Below, one piece after another: positions 22,852-33,312 of a stretch of DNA of 33,312 bases. Where the stretch lies: assembly GCA_000320545.1 (NCBI GenBank), contig ADNK01002337.1, forward strand, positions 1-33,312, read 5' to 3'. Origin of the DNA: Bigelowiella natans CCMP2755. Lineage: Eukaryota > Protista > Cercozoa. A program made the position numbers and the translations under genes. The notes below the pieces were generated by a model. That model saw only the letters and a list, made by a program, of their open reading frames with translations. It had not been told where the DNA came from and did not search any database. Within the stretch, counting starts at the first letter, position 1; every line of letters starts with the position of its first letter.

Positions 22852-24014
22852 AATTGAAATCCAACATCTATCGCGCAGAAATGTGTCTCAAGTAACAATG
22901 GCCATCTTGGAACCTGATGCATGAATTTAGTGTAAATTGTTCCAAAGGGCATTACCACCTTAATAGTACGTGTACATTAAAAATTCAAAACATTCAGTTC
23001 GTGTTATTTCTGTTGCTCCACATGCATGTAGCAAATGTGTCGTACATGCACATAGCACAACAAGTCAGCATTTTGTTTGTGCACGTTGAGGAAAGCGCAG
23101 ATGATCAGATGAATGGCATGATTTGTCGGCTCTCACTCATGATTGTGATCTCACTCTAGACAACTCACAAAGTGAACACATCCATCGAGCAAGTGTGAGA
23201 GTTAGCTGCATGGGTAGATGAACGTCTCTACATCAACGGTGCTGGAGCACGGACACAACAAGAATGATGCTATCTAGCCATTTCTTTTCACCTGATTGTG
23301 GCCACCTAGCTAGCTAGATCTAGAGATGGCTAGACATGCTAGCATGGCTCCAAAAACACAGGAATCGGTCAACCTAGCACATCCATGTGAGAGATGTCTA
23401 GATGTGTGCTCCACAGCTAGACAGTGCACATCTTCTCAAAATGCTGGGCAGTGCGCACAATCATGTCTAAATGTGAGCCAATGCAGCCATGAAGCAGCAA
23501 TGATCGCCGTCGCAATGCCAACGCAGCGAGTCCAATTGGCACAAATGATTTCTTCCATGTTCGAAATGAGGTTTTGAAGCGGCGTAAACACCATTCAGCA
23601 GCACCAAAAGAAAGCAAGCATGCCGACAGAGACTACACTTTGAACAACGGTGTTCGAATTGCATGGATTGGATATTAGACGCATCAAAATGTCTCACAAT
23701 TGCTCATGTTTTATACGAGCGATTTGTCTGTATGTGTACTGGTCTGAGACGAAGATGCATCATCATTAAAATCATTTAGTTAATAAAATTTGCAACAATG
23801 ACATTTTATGATTACGACGAAGCTCCGTTGTAATGCTTCGTGTCACGGCTGCTACTGATAATTTGTTAAGTAGTTATAGTATTTCAGTCCCTCCTCCGAT
23901 CTCGCCTTAAGAATGCAACATTACGTGTTCATGCAATTGTTCCCATGAGCAATTACTTTGAACCCTCAATCCGCACTGCCAATGTTTCCCAAGCTTTCAG
24001 ATTTCTTCAAATAA

Positions 24015-25263
24015 TCATAACCGAGCAGCATCTTGCTGTCTTTGTCGAAGCTCTTCAAGCAGGAGTCCGTAAAATATACCCGTGTCACTGAGATTATCGT
24101 CGACGAGGTCATTGCCTCCCCAACCCTTCCGTGCTGTTCTTCTCCTCTCTTTGACCTTGACGTTTGTGGCTGGGGAAGGTTCGTTACTATCATCATCATC
24201 GCCATCACGACTATTGCCGAACAGAATGCCCGTAGAAGTAGTACTAGCACCGAAATCGTCGATTCTGAACGCGTCTCTCGCTTCCACCAGCGCAGCTCGC
24301 ATGCGTGCAATGCGCCGTGGCTCGGCTGCAACTGCCTCCAGCACCGCCAGGAGTCGCCCAGCGAAGACAACGTCGGACGAGACGCGCAGCGAAAAGCCCT
24401 TGTAGTTCAGGTGATTGTCAAAGGGGAGCAGGATGCTGTCGTGGTTGTCGCTGGAGCTTGGAGGAGTGACAATCACAGGGATGCATCCGAGGAAAGCGGC
24501 CTCGACGATGCGCGGCGACCATGGTGCCCATCCCGGTGGCGCAAGGCAGAACACGCTATCAGCCATGCGTTCGTAGTATGCCCCGCGGTCCATTCTCGTC
24601 GCCGTAACGAAGATGGCAGAGGGGGGAGAGGCTGCTAGAGTTGAGTCCGGCGTTGACGCTACTCTTGCCTTTGAGAGTGTTTCTCCCCGCCCCCCCCCCC
24701 CTCTACCTTCCTCACCGTACTGATGCAGCAACGCGCGCCGTACGGCTTGTCCGAGCGATGAGGACGACGCCTTTTCACGATCTCCGCCATCACGGCGATC
24801 TCTGTTGGGCTGCCCTTCTACTTTACCTGCGAAGAATAGGAACGTCGCTCTGCCCGGTCTCGTCCTGCCATTGCCGCTGCTGCCACGGTGAGGAAGGGGA
24901 TGGCCACTCTTACTACTTCTACTGCATCTACGACTATCACTGTTGTTGTTGTTGTTATTGTTGTTGCTGCTGCTGCGGTTCCCGCTACTTATTGACAGTC
25001 GCCGCCCATGGCGGGTGCGCAGTCTCATTCCAATTGAAATAACAGCGGAGGGAACGTAGGGCGGGATTGCGATGTCTCTCCCTGGCCGGAAGCAGAAGTT
25101 TCGCGGGTCGTTCAAAGTGCTAAGGACGACGGATCGCTGGAGTTCCGCCTTGATCTCCCGCACAATCGCCCGTGGACGCTGTGTTCGCTTCGGGAGGTAG
25201 CTAAGCGGGGGGAGGAGCAGGGAGGGGTATCGATGAGCGATGATAGATGAATGGCCATAGGCA

Positions 25264-25301
<38 letters not shown>

Positions 25302-25308
25302 AATACAG

Positions 25309-25347
<39 letters not shown>

Positions 25348-25593
25348 CCCTTATCGATAAGATCCATACGTGCTGCAGATGCTGTAGTCGTGCGGAAAGA
25401 CGAAAACGTGCTTGCTGCCGTTGCTCTGCTTCCACGCGTCAGTGTTACGGACGGTACGCAGGGCCTTCTGCACAAACGCAGAGACTCTGCCCTCATCGAA
25501 TGCCGCACCATCCATCTAACCAACAACGAATTTCGCTCGTTCAGCAGCAACCTATCACCACCACCACGACAACAACAACAACTACTACAACTG

Positions 25594-25625
<32 letters not shown>

Positions 25626-28600
25626 GCTACTATTACTGCCGCAACGCAACAACTAAGATACTAAGATGCTTCGCGCCGTACACCTTGAGACGGTAAAGTC
25701 GATAGCATGTAGCATAGAGCGGCACAAACACCAAGTCGGCCTCACTGGGATCTCCCGTCACGCGTGGGTAATGCCGTGCAAAGAACCGATGAATAAGCAC
25801 CTCTGCAGCGAACATTGATGACTCAGCGAACGATGACGATGACGACAGCGACGGCGACGCCCTGCTGCAGTGGGGGAGGAGGTCCTCGTGGAAGGAAGAG
25901 GGGAGGGGGTAAACGTAAACTAACGGCTCCCATGTCCCGTGATTCTCCTCTTCACCAGTCACCTCAGCGCCGCCATTGTTGTCGCTCTCGTAAGCCCCAC
26001 TGTTCCTCATCTTTGCCGTCACAAGCAGCATAAGAGCGACAAGGAGTGCAGCGGCTGCAGCCCCCCTCCCCCTCGTTATTACCTTGGCCAACCTGTTGCC
26101 TCTGACTCTCAAAGGCGTCTTGAATAGCAGCAGAGCTACCATGCCGAGCATCACACTCACGTATAGCACAGCCTGTGCAGCGATGAAGCGGTGATCGGGG
26201 GGAGGAAGAGGGGGGAGGGGTAGCGGCCGTGGAGAGTTAACGTCGAAGAACTCACCTTCTCTTCGCTGCTTCCCTTCCTTTCCTGCCGGACTAGGACGTA
26301 TGCGGGGCGGCAGGTGCTCCTTTCCCCGATTATCCGATGTCACCTCTGCAGCTGCTGCTGACTTTGGCGGTAGTGGTGATGCTGCTGCTGGTATTGGGAT
26401 TTGTCTGCGCCCTCCCCTTTGTTGCCGTGCATCATCCTTTTCGCTTTCTCTCGTTCCTCCTCTTCCTTCTTCTCCGCGTCGGGTTTGATTCCGTGGCTTG
26501 AATGTCGCCGTAGCCAGAGACCGCTCACCTCGTCGCCGTCGCTGCTGGCATTGCAGCTTCTCCTTCTCCTCTCCCTGCTCCTGCTCAGCCTGCGTCTCGA
26601 GGTACCAGCGCCAGGATCGAAACTGCCGCTCCCCCCACCACCCCCTGCGCGCCGTGGAGTGGACGTGCGGGAGATGGACTAGGAAGCTGAGGGGAAGGAC
26701 AGCGAAGCGCACCCCCGCTGCGTGTAGGCGGAAGACGTACGACACCTTATTATAGCCGTACCCGAAGAATCGCTCATCATACCGCACGGCGTGCGCAGCT
26801 CCGGTGCTGAGAAGGATGAAAGGCTCAAAGTCGGGCGTGTAGTTGACGGCGTAGATCTCCTCCGGGCGGCTCAGATGTAGCCATCGCACGTAATTAGTTG
26901 CCTGGTGGAATCTGTGGGAGGGGGAGGGGGAGGGGGGACGAGGATGGTGGTGATGATGATGATCAGGATTCGCGTACTACCTAGAATACATTCTTCTCCT
27001 CAGCTCTGATGTGAGCTGGTCGATACCATCTTTCTCTGCTCTTTCTCCTCCATCATCAAACTTCCTTCTTCTTCGTTTGCCTCGGCTTCCTCCCCTTCTC
27101 GCTCTCTCATTCTCTCTCTCTCTCTCTCTCCCCCCCCCACCCACACACACTTGTCCATCATCCCATCTGCCAATGCCCTCCGACGCGGCGATCATGGCGG
27201 CAGCAGCGCGACTTTGCGTGTGTGCGTGCTGGTTTTACCGCCTTGCTACTCAAGTCAACGGCGTCAGCTGCAACTACTACTACTGCTGCTACCATGGTTA
27301 CTACTACTACTACAACCACAGCTACTACTGATACTACTACTACTACTACTACTAGCACAACTACCTCTTGCCGATCTTGGAGGAGAAGTCGAAAGCGGTG
27401 AGGTGGCCGTGGTGCTTGCTTCTCAGCATTCCGAGCAGCTCCGACTTGCTCTCTGGAAGAGACTCCTCGCGGCTGTGCAGCTGGAAGGCTGGTAGCACGA
27501 ACGCTGTCCTATCTTCCTCCTTCATGGCAGCAGCCGCAGCAGCAGCAGCAGGGGGGCGGGGGGGGGGGGGAGGACCCGTAGCACCCCTCTCCCCACCCTC
27601 CCTGGTGGTAGCAAGGAGGTGGAGGATATCGGGCGCGTGACTCCCGACGACGGGCACTAGGTCGACGTCGCAAAGAAGTACGTGCGAAACGGGCGTCCCC
27701 GCCACCGCCGCCTTCAGCGCGATGTTTCTGAGATAGTTGATTGGGTACTCCTCGCCCTCCTCCCTCTCCCTCTCCCTCTCAGCACTGCCGCTGCCCGCTC
27801 CTGCAGCCGAAACGATGTGGATTCTCGCGTGGTCGCGGAGGCACGTGCAGCCTCCTCTTCCTCCCCCTCTCTCGCCATCTGCTCTTTGATGCCGATCTCG
27901 TCGCTTGTAGGGTCGGTTGAGGCAGGTGGTGAGTGCCGCGCCCACCTTTTGCAAGTCCGCAACGAGGCGCGACGGGGAGGGGGAGTACAGAGTCGCCGAG
28001 ATAGGCCCTCGCCAGTACTCGCACACTGTCTGCAGCGCGGGGAGCCTGTCCACCGTCAGATGAGTCACAAAGCTTACGAGGGGGGGAGATGGAAGGTGAG
28101 AAAAAGGGGGGGGGGGGGGGGGAGGGATGCGGGGGCTCAGATCGGGCGGTGGAGAGATGGCATCTATGGTAGTGCGATATTTCGGAAGCGCGCCGTGAAC
28201 GGGCACGAGCGCCACGTCCTCAAAGTAGCACCCCTTTTCCCCCCTCCCCTTTTCATCCTCCTCTCCATGTCCGCCCCCCCCCCCCGAGACACCGAAGCCC
28301 TCCGCTACCACAGAGAGGAAAGCAGAGCGGAGGCGTCTCCCGGCGGGAACAGGAAGGAGGTGGTGCGCGCGCACCCACTGTTGGTCCGCCCCCCGCGCCC
28401 CGCTAGGCGCACGAGCAACTTTCTTAATCACCGGAGGGCTGTAGGAGCGGTCGTCAAACTGCATATCGACATAAACATAGCATATCTGCCGTCGCTTTGG
28501 AGGCGGCCGAACAGCGCCATCAGCGCCATCGCTAGCTATCATGAGACTGCTGTTGTTCTTACTGGCAAGCCCGGCGCCCCTCCCCTTTACCACGATGCTG

Positions 28601-29537
28601 GGCGTGATGGCATCTTCAGCCTCCTTCTCTCTGGCGGGAGCGGCGGCGACGGCGGCGGAGTGTACTACCTTCTTAGCCGAGAAGGAAAGCAGGAGCGCCA
28701 CTGGGCGCGATTGGAAGACCCCAACGCCTCTGAGATGACGGTCGCCGTCACCAGGACCGTGTTTGTCATCGGCACCACGCTTCCTGCCACTAGCGTGGGA
28801 GAGATCCACTAGCTGGGAGGCGCCGCACGGCTGTCCCACCACAGGATACGCCGATGCTCTTGGAGCCTTCAGAACGCTGGACGATGACGGCGAAGACGCT
28901 GAATGGCTATGGCTACGGACAACTTCGTAAGGACACGGAAGTGCGTGCCAGCCCGCCACGACGCCACCCACCCCCTCATTTTCGGTTCCGGGTTGAGACT
29001 TGTTGTTGCGGCGGTGGTCGAAGGAGGGGTTGGAGAGGAGGTTGGAGGGGGGGCCCGAAGGCCTCCCTACATGCACAACCCCGCCCGGTAAGAGACGGTG
29101 GCGGCGGCGGCGGCGGCGGAGGCGAAGCTCTCGTAGCGTGCTCTTGTTCTCCAATTCCTCTTCTGAGTTATCGTTGTGCTTCTTCGTCTCTTCCTCGGAG
29201 CCTTTTGAAGCCGCCCGGTCACGATAAACCGCCTCGATGTCGCGCTTGAATGCTTTGTAGCGCACGTAGTGGCGCGCGATGACCGCCTTTGTCTCAGCAG
29301 AGCGTCGTTCGTTGTCGTGAGCCTCGTGCACCACAAAACCGTCCAGAACCACCACAAACCTTTCATGATGATGAATGGCGATGATGATAATGATAATGGC
29401 GGTGATGATGGTGGCGATGATGACGTCTCTTGTGAATACAGAATGAGAAAATGCTTATTGCAACTATCTACCCATTGCTGTTGTTGTGGTGGTGGCGGTG
29501 GCTGTTGTTTTTTACAAAAGAGGGGAGTAGATGTGTG

Positions 29538-29578
<41 letters not shown>

Positions 29579-31014
29579 GCAGGAGACTATTATAATCGGC
29601 AGAAAAACGACTCCCGTCACCTGTATCTAGCGAGGGCCAGCTCGAGCACGTGGGAGTCTTTGTCAAAGTAGCCTGAGTGAAACCTCGGATCGAAGGAGGG
29701 GAAGGGCTTCGCCAGCAATAGATAAGGCTCATAGAACGGCTGGTACTTCACCGCGTATGGGCGTTTGGCTGCCTCCCACCGTGCATAATTGGTGGCGTTG
29801 TGGCCAGGAGCCCAATGCTCGACGTGAAATTGCCGGAGAAGCGACTGACGCTGCTGCTGGTGCTGCTGCTGCTGTGGAGGCACGTTATCATCAAGTACTT
29901 CTTCGTCTTTCTCCTCACCCCTTGCATCATCCTTGTCGTTACGAGGGTTACCATCGTTTGCTGCTGCTGCTGCTTCTTTTCCCTTCTCGCTCCCCCCCCC
30001 CCCTCCCCCTACAACGTCTCCTTCCTCCCGGATCACCCGCGATGAGATTCTTGCCGCCGTTGTTGTGGGCACAGAGCGTAGGAGAGCGAGGGCCTCATCA
30101 CGTGTGGAGGGAAAGTTATTGATCGGGAGTGAAGGGTCGACTTCAAAGGCAGGTACAACCACAGCGATCTGTCGTTGCTGCTGATGATGATGATGATGAT
30201 GCTGTGCTGCTGCTTTGCCTTGGCCAGAGCGCCAGAATAGCTTCCGGGCGAAGTCCGCGAGCACCCCCGAAAGGTTCTTTGACACGTGAAAATCAACGTC
30301 CAGGTTGAACACGAGCTCCGTGCGCGCACAGCGGGCAGAGACCTGGCGGAGGACATTGTTCGGGTAAGGGAGCGTTCCATTCTTCTCGATCAGGAGGTGG
30401 AGGTCTACGTTCCCCAGCGTCTTCGCGCGCTCTGCGACCCCCTCGATGTCTCCCAAGTTTGAGCGTGAGGGAGGAAGAGAAGGAGATCCGGAGAATAGCT
30501 TACTACTTTCGCCATCGTAACGTCCACCACCGCCACCACCATCACCAACACCACCGCGCCCTTGAGTGCGGTCAGCGTCTTCTTCATCAGCTTTATTCCT
30601 TATCAGCACGGTGGCCGACACAAGGCCGCCCCACTCCCTGGAGAGCCGGACGAGTCGATCGAACCGGTCTACACTTAGATGGGTGGCGAGGGTCACGGTG
30701 TAGCGGTCGCTCAGCCATGCTTGGTGGTTCATCGGGAGCGCGGATGCCGATGCTTGGACATAGAACTCCGACACTAAATAGTCGTCGTCAGGCGACAGAA
30801 CCTCCTCGCCTTGCTTCCAATGGGAGGAAGATGGGGCCGGTGAGTCACAGATGGAGGGTACCTACCAAATAATAAATTACATTTGTGGCTTTTGGAAGGC
30901 CGTCGCCTTCGAAAGGGGTCGCTGTCGGTGCACTACTACCTCCACACCCCCCCCCACCGATATCAGCAGAAAGAACAACAGCGGGAAGGCTCCTCTTTCT
31001 TTCAGATCCGACAT
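24015..31014 (-). CDS. 1950-aa multi-glycosyltransferase: signal peptide - GT49 (LARGE/B4GAT1-like) - CBM-like beta-sandwich - GT49 - TM hairpin - GT47 (exostosin)
   Basis: Six exons (31014-30958, 30861-29621, 29359-27365, 26911-25684, 25515-25370, 25200-24015) total 5853 nt, all GT-AG and phase-consistent. GT49 motifs appear twice (VTLATHLSVDR / PYPNNVLR / LDVDF / VVPAFE / GHNATNYARW / YEPY / FDPRF, and VSFVTHLTVDR / YPINYLRN / CDVDL / FVLPAF / ATNYVRW / FEPF / YDERFFGYGYNK). GT47 motifs: VYVYPLP, EADLVFVP, WKQSNGSKHVFVFPHD, DIAIPP, SVFCLAPPGWAPWSPRIVEAAFLGCIPV. Confidence 0.9.
25561..25640. repeat. (CAA)n/(CTA)n intronic microsatellite in the GT gene
   Basis: Direct reading. Confidence 0.95.
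27270..27364. repeat. (CTA)n intronic microsatellite in the GT gene
   Basis: Direct reading. Confidence 0.95.
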
Positions 31015-32178
31015 CAGTTTTTTGTGGATCGAGAATAGCAGCATCCAGGGTAATCATGCAGATCGCCCCGTCCCTCCTTGAAGGACTCCCAGTGGACAGA
31101 TGACGACAGCCATCGGGCAAGGGGAAGGGGAAGGGGAGAGGGGAAAGGGTAGTCCAGGAGAGGAGGAACTCTCGGCGGTCGGAACGCATGCGATTTCCAG
31201 ATTGCGACAATGGACGTGTTGACGACATCCAACTGCGCGACATGAAATTAGACCGATTATAACCGACAAATGCAAGCCGTTCAGATTTGGATGCCGGCGA
31301 TTGGGAAATGTGGCATCGACCCAAGGCAGATGACAGAACGCACTCTCTTGGTGAATGGATGGTCTGTTTCCCGAAGAAGGTGAATGCATTTGTGTTCTTG
31401 ATGTGCCCCCGCCCTCTCCCCTCCCCCTCTTACGTTTTCTGCTCATTGAAAACAACACAGTTGTTTCAAAATGCCAACACATCTAGACAAATGAGACATG
31501 TGTGCGCATCATGCCACACCACTTGCTAGCTTGTCCACATGCTGGCATGTGAGCATCATGCACATGCCGCTGATGCATCGCCATTGTTCATCATGTCTCA
31601 TTTGTTTGCATGCACAAGCTTGCACGTCTAGCCAGATGAGGTGTAGCCCATGTAGCAGCAGCTAGCAGCTGGCAAGCTGGAGCGCACTGTGCCGCGAGCA
31701 GCAAGTTTTTGCCGCCCGCCACAGCTAGACAGCAACGGCACATCTTCGCTTCCACGACAGGGACACATGGCAGAATCATCATCCTGCACACATCGCATGC
31801 ACAGCGGAACATCAATGGTCCAAAAGGGGAGATTCAAATGGCAGCACATGAAACGCAATGCATGCACATCATCACGTACAGAAAGAAACACGCACTGCTG
31901 TCCGAAATGCGCGACATTCAAGCTAGCAAGACCGAAATAACGTGCATTTGATTGCATGAAACACATCATAGCGGAGACCAACAGATTCAACATTAGCGCT
32001 ATATGGCCGCTGCATTGCTAGATTGCACAGCTACATGAGGATGACCAGTGAACAAATTCAATTCAATTGGTTACATCCGCGATCCTGGCAAACACGTGCA
32101 ATTGCTGCCGCTTGACTTAATGTAAGAAGTCACTCGGGAAGGCCATTAATCCCCGCGTTTGCGTTGCAAAGTTGCACC

Positions 32179-32617
32179 ATGATGCGACTCCTCTCATTTC
32201 AATGCTGTAGTGGCGAGTTTAAAGCTGCCTGTCAAAGAGCCAGCTGCTTCGTTGCGACGCTTGTGGTGGTGGTGGTTACCCCGGCGACGCCTGTGATGAG
32301 GGTTGGCCTGGCAAGGGAGTTGGAAAAATCAAACAAATTTCAATTGTACTTGAAAACAGTATCCGAGCCTTTCTCCTCTCTCACGAAACATCACCACAAC
32401 CACCACTAGCACTCGTTACCCAATGTTGTCAATACCATCACTGCTCCCACCTACCTTAATCGCTGTGAGAGCCAAACCATGAGCTGGATTTTCGCGGGGA
32501 GTGATTCTGCAGCAGGAGGACAGGGGAAGGGAGGGAGAGGATGCATGGAAGGCAGCCGAGACATCGAGGAGGGCGGTGAGAAAACAAAGGGAAAGACGAC
32601 CAGCAACAATGCACACA

Positions 32618-32649
<32 letters not shown>

Positions 32650-32936
32650 AACACACATATACTAAATATATTTCGCCGGATGGAGACGATGTGTGTCAAC
32701 TGTTCCCTGATGACGCTATATGCTCCTGCAGACATCGTCACTTTCTGTCGTGACCACCTTAAAGCCGAGGAAGGCGTGTGGATGTGCAGCTGCTGCGTCT
32801 TAAATCGATACACGGACGTCGACGCTCGCGCAGTCTTCGGCCCGAGAGGGAGTTTCCTGATTTTTAATTGTTCAGAATTTGAGCAAGCTTCTTTTTCCTT
32901 TGGAGTGCATTTTTGGCCCAATTGGTAGAGAGAGAG

Positions 32937-32989
<53 letters not shown>

Positions 32990-33086
32990 ACTCTGGCACG
33001 CACGCACGCACGCACGCAAGAACTAGCATTTATACAGCGTACATGAAATGTATCACAAAACCAAATTATTTTTCGTTGTATTTTAC

Positions 33087-33123
<37 letters not shown>

Positions 33124-33195
33124 ACACACGCGTGTCCAGCTGCTACCTTCGGGGGAATGCCTGGCGTGTTGGAGCTGTTTGCGGCTGATAGATAA
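32179..33195 (+). CDS. Probable small 4-exon hypothetical protein (~170 aa)
   Basis: Phase-consistent model: MMRLLSFQCC...QLYLKT|HSLPNVVNTITAPTYL...DIEEG|DIVTFCRDHLKAEEGVWMCSCCVLNRY...FGPRG|TATFGGMPGVLELFAADR*. Microsatellites fall in the predicted introns. No family recognised. Confidence 0.45.
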
Positions 33196-33312
33196 CAGTA
33201 TCAGGGGGCTGAAAGCGGGGGGGGGGGGGGGGGGAAAAAAAAAAAAAAAAAAAAGAGGAAGGGGGGCGGGGGGGGGAATTTGGGCCCCGGTTGCCCCCCC
33301 CCGAGTATGGGG

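Noticed and set aside
30862-30880. 19-nt GT-AG segment (GTAATTTATTATTTGGTAG) that would join ORF 30845-31324 to the GT49 exon, resembling nucleomorph-sized introns
   Set aside because: A 96-nt intron (30957-30862) from ATG 31014 uses the same acceptor and yields a convincing signal peptide and a normal intron size for this window. The tiny-intron model gives no signal. RNA-seq would settle it.
33218-33312. G and A homopolymer-rich terminus
   Set aside because: Looks like low-quality contig-end sequence; not a telomere repeat or a credible poly(A) insertion.

Overview
Eukaryotic nuclear DNA with GT-AG introns and dense microsatellites, most likely a protist (chlorarachniophyte-like style is a guess, not verifiable here). 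Most ORF-track entries are microsatellite or antisense artefacts; the real genes emerge only after splicing by eye. Left to right: 3' part of a CCR4/nocturnin/Angel-type EEP phosphoesterase (+); a ~20-exon GH3/GHDC-like adenylate-forming enzyme (-); a doubly deleted, frameshifted copy of a downstream orphan gene (+); a HOL/TPMT-family halide/thiocyanate methyltransferase (-); an intronless 352-aa orphan membrane protein (+); a two-TM protein with a large Cys-containing ectodomain and ENaC/P2X/PAC-like layout (-); an orphan multi-TM protein (-); a PH-PX-C2-MCTP-type protein (+); a 1950-aa GT49-CBM-GT49-TM hairpin-GT47 glycosyltransferase fusion (-); and a probable small 4-exon gene (+). No rRNA, tRNA, CRISPR array or transposase was found. 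Best leads: the triple-GT fusion, the two-TM channel-like gene, and a one-directional TA versus CA/TG substitution bias between the two local paralogs. All alignments and splice models were made by eye.
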